Positions 12,767 through 25,800 of a stretch of DNA of 64,000 nucleotides are shown piece by piece (position 1 is the stretch's first letter; every line of letters starts with the position of its first letter). The stretch lies in assembly GCA_010093815.1 (NCBI GenBank), contig ML996565.1, one strand, 5' to 3'. The translations under genes were made by a program, and so were the position numbers. Source of the DNA: Pseudovirgaria hyperparasitica (lineage: Eukaryota). Under the pieces are notes generated by a model. That model was not told the DNA's origin, searched no databases, and was given only the letters and a program-made list of their open reading frames with translations.

Positions 12767-14563
12767 ATGTCGCATTGCGCCCAACTAGTCCATGACTTTC
12801 AACAGAAAGGCATTCCGGCTTTTAACCAAGGCGAGAAAGAGTATGAGCTTTCCGTCGCCACAGCCAACCTTCTTTACCGCTTTACAAGGCCCGAATGCGT
12901 TGTACAGCCGGAAACGACAGAGCATGTCCAGTACATCGTTGAACAGGCGAGGGATGTTGGCGAAGATATTACTGTCAAATGTGGTGGCCATTCGTACACT
13001 GGATTTTCGACTGCTGATCACGGTCTCCTGATTGATCTTAAGCGAATGACAGCGGTGAAACTGCAGCTCAGCAAAGATAAGACCCCTACAGCTGTCAAAG
13101 TCCAGGCCGGAGCACGATGGGGAGATGTTTATAGGACACTCATCAACGGGAGCCATCGGGGATATGTCATTAACGGGGGCAGATGTCCATCTGTGGGCGT
13201 GAGCGGATTCCTTCTGGGTGGCGGACTCGGGCCGTTTACACGAAGCTTCGGCATGGGGTCTGATACTGTCATTGAAGCCACCATCGTGACTGCAGATGGA
13301 AAGAAAGTCACAGTCGGAAAAGACAGCCCGCCTGGGTCCAGAGAAGCCGAGCTTTTCTGGGCACTACGCGGAGCCGGGTGCGGCACTTTCGGCGTCGTCA
13401 CAGAGTTCAAGATGGACGTCAAAAAGTTGAAGAATAAGAACGTCGTGGCTGGAAGATATCTGTGGACACCCACAGCAGGCGTCAGCCACCATCGAACGAT
13501 GCAACAGATCCTCATGGCTGATTGGCCGAAAGAAATGACTATCGACAACAATTGGATGCTTGATGTCAAAGGTGGCAAAGGAGAGATGGGCATCAGATTT
13601 ACAATCTACTATGATGGTCCCAAAGACGAATTTGATAAATTGCTAGATGAAAAGATGACGCCTCAGCCACTTGACGGGAGCCTGAGTCCAGAGGACAGGG
13701 TCAAACTGCAACTAGAAAATGCGGATCAGGAAAATCTCATCAAGCAACTCAAAAGACGTTCAATGCCTGAGCCATCCACGAGATTCCTCTATGAGTCACT
13801 GGTCCTCATGTGGGACGAGGAAGCCAGGAACTCCTTACCTCGTCCAGGAGACAATGCATACCAGAAATACAGTTCTTTCTGCTTCCGCACCGACCGCGAA
13901 GAGGACGCCAGGGCTATGGAGGAAATTATTCGCATTGTCACAGCGCAGCAGACGTTCTTCAAGGACGAGTTCAAGACTGACAACGCCTCGTTCTGGGTTA
14001 CTTTTATTCATAGTGGTGGCAAGGCTACCACTTTCAGCCGAACAGAAACTGCTTATCCTTGGCGTGAATGCACTTTTCACACTTACATCACGATCAAGTG
14101 GACCGACAAATGGCTCGAGCAGAACGCCACTGGCTTTCTTCTTCGAATGAAAGACATTCTGAAGCCATACTCCATGAATGGGCAAGCATCATTTATCAAC
14201 TTCTCTGACGCTGCCATCGCCAAGGACCATGACGTCGCCTACTACGGTGAGAACAGTGCTAGAGCCCGAAAAGTAAAGAGTGTATGGGACAAGGACAATT
14301 ATTTCAACTGGCCGTGGGATCGTTCCGACATTCGAGTCTCGAAGCGCAACGCTAAAAGAGCTGAGTTTGCAGCCTGGCTCCGGGCAGAGCTCAATCTCTC
14401 ACTTGTAGGGCCTGGTGATGATAGTGACGATGATAGTGATGTGACTGCGGTGGATGAAGAGCAGTTGACGGATGTCATTGCGACAAAGGCCTGGGACTCG
14501 TACACTTTGCCTCCGGCCGAGTTTACGGACATCTATGGTGTACCTTACGTTGACGACTTCTAA
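12767..14563 (+). CDS. FAD-linked oxidoreductase, berberine-bridge-enzyme-like (VAO/PCMH family), intronless
   Basis: P..VVQP..TEHVQ..V, KCGGHSY, LLIDLKRM, VQAGARWGDVY, GGRCPSVGVSGFLLGGG, IVTADG, LFWALRGAG..FGVVT and a BBE C-terminus (FINFSD..YYGEN..RKVKSVWDKDNYF). ATG in ACCATG context at 12767. Confidence 0.93.
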   Translation: MSHCAQLVHDFQQKGIPAFNQGEKEYELSVATANLLYRFTRPECVVQPETTEHVQYIVEQARDVGEDITVKCGGHSYTGFSTADHGLLIDLKRMTAVKLQLSKDKTPTAVKVQAGARWGDVYRTLINGSHRGYVINGGRCPSVGVSGFLLGGGLGPFTRSFGMGSDTVIEATIVTADGKKVTVGKDSPPGSREAELFWALRGAGCGTFGVVTEFKMDVKKLKNKNVVAGRYLWTPTAGVSHHRTMQQILMADWPKEMTIDNNWMLDVKGGKGEMGIRFTIYYDGPKDEFDKLLDEKMTPQPLDGSLSPEDRVKLQLENADQENLIKQLKRRSMPEPSTRFLYESLVLMWDEEARNSLPRPGDNAYQKYSSFCFRTDREEDARAMEEIIRIVTAQQTFFKDEFKTDNASFWVTFIHSGGKATTFSRTETAYPWRECTFHTYITIKWTDKWLEQNATGFLLRMKDILKPYSMNGQASFINFSDAAIAKDHDVAYYGENSARARKVKSVWDKDNYFNWPWDRSDIRVSKRNAKRAEFAAWLRAELNLSLVGPGDDSDDDSDVTAVDEEQLTDVIATKAWDSYTLPPAEFTDIYGVPYVDDF

Positions 14564-15019
14564 GCTCTGAGAGCCATTTAGCGAAGATAAATGAGGGATG
14601 AATGATTTGCTAAGGCGTCCAAAGATAATTATTGGTCATAAAGAAGTATTTCCAGCTGCAAATTTTGATATTATTCCTCTAATCCATCATTCTTATCGTG
14701 TGTCGAGAAGAGCTTTGGATAATTTCTGTCTGTGGGGATACTTGCTCAAACTTGCTCGCCTTGACCATGTTCTGCGGCTCCAGAACTTGTGTGGCATTTA
14801 CAGCTATCAAATACAGTAAAGACAAATCCTTCTATGGAAACAATCTGATGCTGATTCGCTGGAGGAACGACCAAGGCGTTCCAAGTGGTAGTAGACATCG
14901 CGAGCATATCAGTGTCACTGCTAGCCAACTTGAGGATACCACACCTCTCCCGAATCCAATCTATAGTCCCCTCCTCGCTCCAGATTTTTTCATCTCACAG
15001 CGCAGTCTGATTATCTACG

Positions 15020-16733
15020 ATGACTAGATTAGTAACATGGTGGAAGAGTGATATTCCATATCACACGTTTATGTACACGAACTTCATCGTCGGTTTCGCA
15101 TTCACGCCTTTCGCCATATATTCGAATTATCAACTGCAAGTCACCGGTTTCGCAATAGGAACTGATATCGATGGCCAGGTCTGCTCAACATACTGCGTCG
15201 TTCCTTGGGGTAGCGGACGTATCGATCTCAATGCCGCCATTCTGTACATGAATGCGCTGACCTTTGCGCTTGGTGGAGTCGTTACTATTCTAATCATAGC
15301 TTATGCTGATTTCTGGAGTACGCCATTTTGACTTACACTCCATTTGATAGTACGGAGGCTCTAACTTGAAGTATAGGATACAAGACCTGGCTTATAAGTA
15401 TTATGATTGCTGTCTACGGCGCAGTCACAGTGCCAAGTTACTGGCTTCGTATCTCTACGTTGAGAGCTTTCAACTCATTGTTCGCACTGTCCGTCTTGTT
15501 TGGAATTATCAGCTCGGTGCTGATTGCATTGCTCAACATATATATACCGCACTGTATGCGTACAGCGACTCCAGGCAATATAGACGAGGAGATCTCACCA
15601 GACTCGAAGACGAATGTGTCACTGAACAACCACTCAAGTAAAGCAGTTACAGAGAAAGCGAAAGCAGAGCGCGCATACGGCTTCACAATGTCCATCTTCG
15701 CCATGCTCACCAACAACATCGCAGGCATCCTAATCCTCGTCGTTACAATTATCCTCTCTACAACCCTCCCTCTGACATCCCAACAATCTGCCGGCCTCCT
15801 CGTGTCCACAATCGTCGGATGCATCACACTCGCCGGCGCATTGCCCTCCTGGCTCGGCCTCCCACAGCTGCCCACAAAACCATATCCCGCAACGCACAAA
15901 TGGTACACCGCCCTCCTGCAGATTCTCACGCCCTTCAGAGCCCTTCTCGCCAACCCAAACATGCTGCTCCTCCTGCTCGCATACACGGTATATACAGACA
16001 CAACTTTCGCGACAGCAAGCATCATCGGTCAGCTATACTACTCCGAGCTCACCCCAAACACACTGGAGTACTCCCTCTACTCCCTCGCCACATACATCTT
16101 CTTCGTCATCTGCACAACAGCATTCTACGCCGCACACCGCAGGTGGAAGTTCACGCTGGAAAAATGCTTCGTGGCGGGCTATGCCATCATCCTCCTCGTG
16201 CCGATATGGGGCATCATCGGCATCGCACGACAAGATGCGTTTGGATACAAAGTCAGTCGAACCCTTTCCTCATCCTCGTCCTTTCCCCCCTTCAACCCAA
16301 ATCCATAGAATTTCCCCTTTTCTAAAACAAAACACAGCATCGCTGGGAATTCTACACGCAGCTCCTCATAAGCCAAACCTCGTCTGCCCTCGTCAACCCC
16401 ACATTTCGCCTTCTCTACGCAGAGCACATCCCGGCGGGAGAAGAGGTGATGTGGTACGGCATGCAGGTAGTACTAAGCTGTGCAACAACATGGGTCACAT
16501 ACGTAGCAACCGGGCCTCTGCAAAACGCAACACACAATCTACGATTTCCATTGATTCTGTGCGCTGTATTCTTTACGCTGGCACTGGGGGTGGAAGGGGT
16601 TAGGTTGTGGGTGAAGACGCGGCGAGGGTCGGGGTCTACTACTAGGGGTGTGGTGGAAAATGTGGTCGATGATGTTGTGGAGGGTGGAGGGGTGGAGGGA
16701 AAGGGTGTGCTGGTGGGTCAAGCGTGTGGTTGA
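15020..16733 (+). CDS. Atg22-like MFS transporter (vacuolar amino-acid effluxer family); exons 15020-15317, 15377-16251, 16338-16733
   Basis: C..CVVPWGSG.IDLNAAILY.NAL.FA..G...I...AYADFW, YTDT, FGYK|HRWEFY, IPAGEEVMWYG and GPLQNATHNLRFP motifs; many TM segments; two canonical introns that keep the frame. Confidence 0.85.
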
Positions 16734-19700
16734 GGTTTCGTAGAGTGTGGGCTATATTTAGGGTATGGATGAGGTATCGCGGGTCTGAAAACTGGTGTAT
16801 AAGGTTTTGAGTGCATGCATGGTGGCTTTGTTGAGCGGTGTGTAAATCTTTCTCAAGAAGACCCTGGATGCAAGATGAATTACCTTTTTTTTACAGTGTT
16901 TTGCCGAACAAGACATCTTCCTAGCCAATCAGCATGGTAATACATACATTATTGAGCTGGTAAAAAGCGGTGATAACGAGACCCTAGTCGTCTAAAAATA
17001 TCCAGACACGATAGTTTAGCTTTGCATTGCTACAACGTGGCAGTAGTCTCGAACAGGTTCAAGCTTCTACCCATATCAAAGTTTCTCTTTATCTCGATGT
17101 CAATATCCTGGAAAAAGGCCGCTGGATCGGGAGTCATATTGCGAGTAGGGCCATATCGTTCTTTGATGATGACGAACAACCACAAAAAGCCATTCAAACA
17201 GAAATTTGCAGCGTCGACGACACTCATATCAAGCTCATATAGCTACATACACACATGCATACACTCAACACGCGGTACGATACTATCACACTTATAGCAC
17301 CTCAAATTGACAACATCACCTCTAGACTAACGTACAAGAAAAAAGCAAGAAAGAATATTACTCCGCATTCGTTCAGCACCCAAAAATACCCCAACGTCAT
17401 ATGCATGGATCCACTACAGCAGCACACACACACACTCTCTCTCTCTATCCATGTCCAGCACATCACACCTCCACAAACGCCACCTAGTCCAACCCTGAAA
17501 CACGCAGCGCATCACGCGATTTCTAGCTGCCTCGTTATACAACATTATAGCACATTACATTACTCGCGCACTCGCTCACCCTACCGAATCCTGCACCTAC
17601 CTAACAAACCTCTCTACACTCCAGAAATAGCATCTCGACGACACATCGAACTAAGCAGTGACCTGAAGCCCGTGCGGGTGGTATGGATTACAGACAGACC
17701 AGACGTGTGACGTTTGAAATCCCCCTCCCCCCAGACCAACACAACTTCCCCCTGAATCGCATCGAAACGCATGATTCCACCGCGGTGGTTTTGTTTGCCA
17801 CAGTGCCGTGTTTGCAAGATATTGGAATGTGGACAGGGAAAACGCAAGTCCCGAGTTTCCACGTCCCGCATCTAAACAAGCCCAGGAAAAAAAATGACGC
17901 ATCACGTTTTTTTGAGTTGGCTGTTTCGCACATTTGCCCTTATACAGAAGGTACGTAACATGTTGAAACCCCAGATCGGGCGCCGGAGCGTGGCATGGCA
18001 GAGCTAGTTGGCGCATAACGCACGCGACGACGCAGTTCAAACACGCGACATCCGTCTGGTCCATTGGAGTGCCACAGGATTACACTCGATGCGCGCCTTG
18101 GATTTATCTATACCAAAGGGGTTTTTAAACCTCCGAGACAGCCAGCCAGCCAGCCACCACGCGCGTCCCGAACCACAGGTCCAAACACACAAGTCTGGAT
18201 AGAAGTCCGCCCGTCCGTCCATCCATCCACCCATCCAAGCACAATATGGTTCTAGCCCATCACAGCGTCCGTAGACCAGCCCGTGTTGCGCCTTCATGCT
18301 ATGCCCTTACTTACGACCGCAAATTTCGCCCCGGTCTCAATAACCCTAACGTGGTACGATTAAAGATCCCACACGGCGTCGCTCCGGTGCTGCACTAAGG
18401 TGAGTAATTCCAGCGATTCGAAGCCACGGGTTGCGCGGCTCGATCGGGAAGGACATCCATTGATATAGTCTTAGGCCTAGACGTGGACGGACAGACATAT
18501 CATGACGTCTATGGTGAGTCACGACTCATCGCGCGGTGCAAGGGTGTACAATATAGATGGAGCGAGAGAGTGCTACAATACGGTTTCGACAAATGGTGAG
18601 ATACGCGGAACGCTAGAATCCGCTAGAAGGAAGGGAAATAAAGGAGATGAGATGAGATGTGGGGGGAGAGCGATCTGGACGGACGGTCGGAGCAGGGTCC
18701 ATATGTGGAATATGAGGATTCCAGAGGCGAGATAGAGCAAGTTTGTTGTGGTGGTATTTGTCTGCTTGGTAGTTAGGGTAAATGGCTAGGAGGAGAGATG
18801 AGTTGATGGACAGTTCCCAAGTCCAGAGTCCAGAGACCTGCTGCTTTGAGGGTGTGTTGCCGTGTCTGCAAGGGTTTAGCGCGTCATCGTGGGTTTCGGC
18901 AGAGGGCGAGAGCAGCTTCGAGATCGACCTCGAGGCTTACAGAAGTTCGTTTTCAATGGAAGCCTATGTTCGGAAAATAATTAGATTGGGGGCTTTGTAG
19001 ACGGCAGGGTTAAGCCGCGCGACGAGCACGTGGAATCTGAGACCTGCTGCCCTGCGGCACAGCTGAGTATCCTGAGTTGAGGCTGTCGTGAAGTCCGCTG
19101 AAAGTGCGTTTGAAGCATTACAAATGCTGCTAAATTTATGACATCAAGATGCTAATTACTGGCGAGACTATCGTAGCACGCATGTGATCACATAGACTCC
19201 GCGGTGGTTGTGCGAATGCATAGCAAATATAGATACTGTTGCGCCTGCAAACCCCAATTCACGATGCTGATCAAGGTTCGCCAAGTGCTGACGATTGATG
19301 CCTAAGATCGATCTACATGTAGCCGCCTTCAGGACGATGTAGATAGGATTTAAAGTTCAGGATGGGAAGCCTTATATGTAGGACCGAGACGATGGGTAGC
19401 TGTGGCTTCGTATCCCCAAAGTTAGGTGCCAATACCTATTCTTACTGGTCCTACTCGATGACGGTTTCGGCTGTAGGTATTTCCAAGCACGTCGTCGTTA
19501 GGCGTTCGGCCTGCAAACTGGTAAATAAAGCCCACTTGAGGCTGTCGAGAATATTGACAGCTGTAGCCAATCGAACTTACTCAGGATATCCCAGTAAAAT
19601 GCCTCGGACTGTTGCCGTTGGCTAGTTGTTGTAGGCAGCCATCAAGCTTATTCAGACTTCACAATGTGCACGGCTTGAGGAAGAGCGACCCCTCGAAGGT

Positions 19701-22265
19701 TTGTCCAGTCATGATGACAGACTGAGTTTCCAAATCTTGCATGTCAAGACGCTGCATGCGATGGTAACGTTACTTGACTGCAGTCGACCGCCTTGAGGGA
19801 TGCAAGCTGGCCAATGAAACTTCTTGGGACTCAATGCACAAGTGTCTCGAAATCTGGTCTTTCAGCGAAGTCAATATTTTCGCGTGCGGCGTATGATCGA
19901 TATTCTAGAAACCTAAATCTGAATCACACGACTGGGTGTCGAGTCGAAACTGTCCTGGTGCGAACGCCGGTACCCAAATGCAGATCATGACGAGCTGCGA
20001 AGGTCCTGTTTGCCGATCCGGCAGCGAATTTACCCGATACCCGGATCGGCTTACCTTCGTGATTGATTGTGGTAAATCATGCCATGTTGATCCGCTCTGA
20101 ATGCATGTCGTTTGTAGAGAACTGACTCTCATACGATGCGAATAATATCATTTGGATGGTGATTCTGGAACGCACTGTGGCAAACATAGCTCGTCAGGCG
20201 GGAGCAGGCAGAAGCAGGCAGCAAAGATAGGACCCGTAGGGCTGAATGTGATTTTTAAGTTTAATGGCGCAAATGCTGAAAGACCGTCATGACTCGGACG
20301 TGAGGGACCAAGACGAATGATATTGCTAGCGGCATCCGACTCACGAGAAAAGACTAGTAGTGGAAGCAGGGAAGTTTGGTGAAAGTGAGGACGCAGAAGA
20401 ACAGTTTTGACATTAACTCGATAATAGAGACCGATCATCATTGAGAGAGGAGTCTTGATGCTTCTCTTCCTGGGTGCAACCTAGACATGAAGTGAACGAC
20501 TGACGACGCAGCGAAAGTGTCGTAGGTGGACATCCCCGCGTTGTCACCAGCACGGGCACTATTCAGGCTTCGAGAAGCACATCTGCCCTCTGAAAAATGT
20601 AGCCATCCAAATCCCATTGGCTGGGGGTACGGATATAGTGTGGTGATCCGAATACCAGTTCGCTTTGGGACAAGGCGTTTCGGAAGGCTGCTCTGGCCAG
20701 CCAAATATGCCAACAAGCGTCGTCGCCTTGGGTTCCAACTGGTCTCGTTTGGGAGTAGCGAAACCAGAAAGGTGACTGTGTCTAGTCACTGAACGACTGA
20801 GACGGGAAGTTATGCAGACCTGTATGCCATATTGATGGTTGTCTGAGGTGTCACTGTTGTGTCAGGTTTCAGCATAGAGGAGGAGGAACGTAGATCGTTC
20901 GGTCTGACTCAGCTGGATTGCTTCAGCCATGTTTCTCCTGTTTCTGTCGCAGATGAACGAATGCATCTATTGTTGTAGGAACTGATCCAAGGTGCAGGGA
21001 GAAGCTGACAGTGTTAGCATAGATGAAATGGAGCCGCGATGGCTGACTATGGAGCGGGAATGAGGTCGGGTGGCTTTGTTGGCTGTAGATGAGCAAGCTT
21101 GGTGTCCAGAAGCGAGAAGATACAGGGTTGGATGGTGCGTATGTGTGTGTGTGCGTGCACGAATTGCGGCATAGCCTTTTTGGGAATAGATGGCGCGTCT
21201 AGGCCAGTCATTTGGGTTGCAGGCTGGGTTCCTACGCCTGGAAAAGTTGGGCATTAGACTATTAGTGGTGGTGATGGCGGTGATGGTGGTGCTTATACTT
21301 TCACTTGCCTCGCGTCGAGTGCTGCGCTTGCATGAAAGATAACAGAGTATCACGAAGAATTAGAGAATCAATGCAAGTAGAAAATGCAAATACTATTCCA
21401 ACCTGACGTGGGAGAGGACGCGTAGTCAATCTGCCTAAGGCATGATGAGAGCATGCGATCCTCATTGCTCAACGGACCCGAGATAGACGGACGGACGGAC
21501 GGACGTGCACGGACTGACGGACCGGATCAGACCAATGCACGTCTATATACACACATCTAACTAATATAAGACAGACAGCACGGGCAAGGTCAACCCCTGG
21601 AGAGTAGAGACATGTCAAACGTAGCTGGCTGTTAGGAGCGCTAGTATACACGCCTTTCATCATTTACCGAAATCGACTTCTATTGCTGTGATGAGAGACG
21701 CATTACGCATGAGAGGAGGAATGAAAGAATGAATGAGTGAATGAATGAATGAATGCACGGCTGGTCCGCCAAAGCCAAATCGACCCCTGTTCTGACTTTG
21801 TCCCTGAGGTGCCATTCTACTCCGACCCAAGTTAGTTGGCCCGAAGATTGGTAGGCGGACCCCCCCTCCCCCCTCCCCCCTCCCCATCCCCTCGCTTTCT
21901 CTCCGACCAGTGCTTTTCTGCAGCAGTATGTAGGCAGGGTAGGTAATTTTCCACCCAGACAGCTTGGATCGTCGCTATTTTCCCTGTTGACGCTCTTCTC
22001 CTTGATGATTTATTTCACAAAAGCAAAGTCAAACTCTCCCGCCCCCATGTTATGATATGGAAGTAATCGGTATTTAGTTCAACAAAGCCCCCCACCCCCA
22101 GTCTGCAACACTGTTTGACCCCAGCCCAGAAGTGAAGAACGGCCAGCTATAAACCACGAACCCTGGCGGACCAGAGACATACAAGGTATTAGGGCGTCAA
22201 GCGTCAAGCGTCAAGCGTCCAACGTCCATCCTGATAGACTTCTTACCTTGGTATAATTACTGCTG

Positions 22266-22315
<50 letters not shown>
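22266..22315. repeat. (CTA)n microsatellite, about 16 units, upstream of the RING-vWA gene
   Basis: Read directly from the sequence. Confidence 0.95.
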
Positions 22316-22800
22316 GCCTGACAAGGGCCAGCGGGCTATCAGGGCAGCAACGAGGGCATCAAAGAGCAAAGACTTTTAGTGCCGCCAACGGTCCAACCTT
22401 CCTTCCTTCCTTCCTTTAGCCTTTCCCCACCTACACCACGCGCGCTACCACATTACACATCGTACACACCACGCATTTCACATTCGAATCCACCTCGTTA
22501 TCCACCTCGCACCGCGCTTGCATACTTCGCTCCCTGTCTCCGTCTTCACACAGCAATCCTCTTCAGGCTCTACTGCATCCGTGCATCCACCCGTTCCCAC
22601 TTCTCGACCTTGTCTGCCGTTTGCTATTTTCCTATTGCCAGGAGGAGCCCTCGTATCCAAGCCCTCCCTCCCGCAACTTTATCCACTAAACAAAATAGTC
22701 TTGCATTGGCTTTGGAAAAACTCCCGGTCAATGCTGAAACGCCTCTGAAAAGGCCCCATACAAACACACTCTTCTACTACCATCATCCCTCCCACCACGC

Positions 22801-25800
22801 ATGTCTCTATACACCAGCGCCCGTTCCCACCTCTCTTCCTCCAACCATCACTCCTATGTCCGCAAACCATCCCAGGATTCGAAAGACATTGAGCACAATC
22901 TCCATGAACTCGGTCTACTAGGTGCTCCAAGCAAGAAGCCCAAACAGCGTCCCAAAAGATCCAAGGGTGTCGAATTTAAGAACCCTCCGTCCGATCGTGG
23001 TGAGGCCCCCTCCCTACCTCCAATGCCAGACTTCTGGCCGACGCATAACTCACACAACGTCTTGTCAGGTTACCGACCACCCTCACGGTCATCTCACTAT
23101 TCCGACCCCACGAGGCAGAGCCACCGTCCTTCAACTTCCAAGGCATCCTACTCCAGCAGTGATACGTTCCCAAAGAGAGGCATGGCGGCGGTGATGGATT
23201 TGGAAAAATCAAGGACTAGGAGAGACAGGACATTCATTGGAGCTGAGTGTGCTGTATGCGAAGAGCCGTTGGAGCACACATTGCGCGGAGAAAGAATACT
23301 ACAATTGTCATGTGGCCATGTTTCGCACGAAGCATGCTTTTACGAGTACATTCGCGAGTTTGAATCGCAACAGTGTCCAACTTGCTGTGCCCCACTGGCC
23401 TTGGATACGAGTAGGGGAGGTAATGTTCTGGACTTAGGTATGCCCTATCTAGCGTGGTCGCGCAATATCCTACTGATTAGTTGTACAGAGAAGCTTAGCT
23501 CCATTGTACGCTCCGCCGAGGCCAATCATGAGCATCAGCAACAGCATCACCAGAACAGAAGCGCACAGGCTACACCAACGCCATGGGATACGCAGCCTAT
23601 GTCAGACCACGGTGCGCGCATGTCAGATCGCATGTCAGAAGGTGCCATGCGTTCCATGCCATACGAGTACCGGAATCAGCGCGACAGCGCCCATGGCAGC
23701 AACACGAGTGTCCAGCGCCGTGGTACAGGGTCCTCACGCCAACAACACTACCGGAACGACAGCGGTGCAACCGCTGTCACTTCGTCTGGCGACTACGCTG
23801 ATCAGCAGTTGAATGGAAGTACTCGTAGACATGACTACGATGTTCATGCCATGGAAAGCTCTCTTCAGAGCCCCAGAGGTCTACTGAAGAACCCAATCCC
23901 TGCGCCCACCGTCACTGTCCGGAGCGAGTTTCCAACCATTAGTCGTTCAAGGCAGCAGCAAAGTCTGACTTGTCTAGTGACTGTGGAAGTCGTGGAAGGA
24001 AAATGGAGACCAGATCCGGCGGACATTCGTGGTGCGCCACCAATGCCAGTTCCGAACCCGAGTGATTACGACCGTGCAAAATCACCGGCTCCAAGCCGTG
24101 CAACTTTCGAGGACATGTACGAAACCCAAGAGGAGCTAGATTCCATCACTGAAGACCTTCATTCCCGAGTTGAGAACTGGCACGGACTGGTATTTTCGCG
24201 ATTTGGCAAGCTTCGACTCCATGGACATGTGCGAGTGGGGAAAGATCGCCAGTCTTGGCAAGAGCTGGAATGCTACCTATTCTCCGAGATGCTTATATGT
24301 GTCAAGGAGAAGAAGAATCAACAGCAATGGGATGAGTCAGGAAACAAGAAGCCAAGATGCACGCTGAAGGGATCAATATTGATAAAGAAACACCTCCAAC
24401 AGATCGAATCATCTGCAGGTGAGCATGACGCTTCAACAGCATCAAGGTTTCAATTGACTGACACGTGTCTAGAAGATCATATCCTTACTCTCAGCTTATC
24501 GGTGAATGAGCTTCCTTCGTTCCACCTCCAGTTCCAGGACCGGTCGCAGTTGGATATCTGGCGACGAGCTTTGACGAATTTGAACAGCGACGTCGCACGA
24601 CCGCGTCGTGTCGCTGATTACGAGCTCGACAACTCCGGTACTGACGACGAGGAACTGCATCGATCCAAGAGTAAGCGCAATTCATCTACGCACTCGTCCT
24701 ATGGACCTCGATCGACGGCTACTGCTCCTACCGAGTACACTAATTCACGCCTGGGCTCAACAGACATTCACATGCCTCAATCCGTTCACGTGCCTTTGGA
24801 TATTATCATAGTAATTCCCATATCTTCTTCGATGGCTGGCCTGAAAATCTCTTTGTTGCGCGACACTCTCCGATTCCTAGTCAACAACCTCGGTGAAAGA
24901 GACAGAATGGGTCTGGTCACTTTTGGTTCAAGTGGTGGTGGCGTACCGCTGGTTAGCATGATGAGCAAGTCTTGGACTGGGTGGTCTAAAATCCTCGATT
25001 CGATTCGCCCTGTTGGCCAGAAGAGCTTACGCGCGGATGTGGTAGAAGGCGCGAATGTTGCTATGGACCTACTGATGCAAAGGAAATCGGCGAATCCTCT
25101 GTCTAGCATTCTGCTCATTAGTGACTCTTCTGTCTCGGATGGGGAAAGCGTGGACTTCGTTGTTTCACGAGCAGAAGCAGCAAAGTAAGTTGTTTAGACA
25201 TGATGTTTGAAGAATGTGCTTCTGACCGTATCGCAGGGTCGCAATTCACTCCTTTGGTTTAGGTCTTACACACAAGCCCGACACAATGATCGAACTATCT
25301 ACTCGCACGAAGGCTTCCTACACGTATGTCAAAGACTGGATGATGCTACGGGAATGCGCCGCCGGCTATCTCGGTGCACTTCAGACCACATCACATCAAA
25401 ATGTGAAACTGAAGCTGCGTCTACCCGAAGGGTCTCCTGCCAAGTTTGTTAAAATCAGCGGCGCTCTGCAGATCACGAAACGCGCCACAGGCCGCGATGC
25501 TGAAGCGTCACTGGGCGACCTTCGCTTTGGCGACAAGCGGGACATTCTTGTTCAATTAGCCATCGCTCCTGAGACTGGCTCTCCAGAACAGCTGCCTGCT
25601 GATGCTTGGGAGACGATAGTGTCCGGACTTGAGGCCCTAGGCGGTCCAGTCGACTCCGACGACCAGCGCATTCTTAGTGTGGAGGAAGTCCCTCTTATTC
25701 AGGCTGACCTGATGTACGGTGACATACTCCGAGAAGGTACAGTGTCCCATCTCCCACGGCCATCACTTCTTGCTATAACAATTCTGCCCGGACCATCGCG

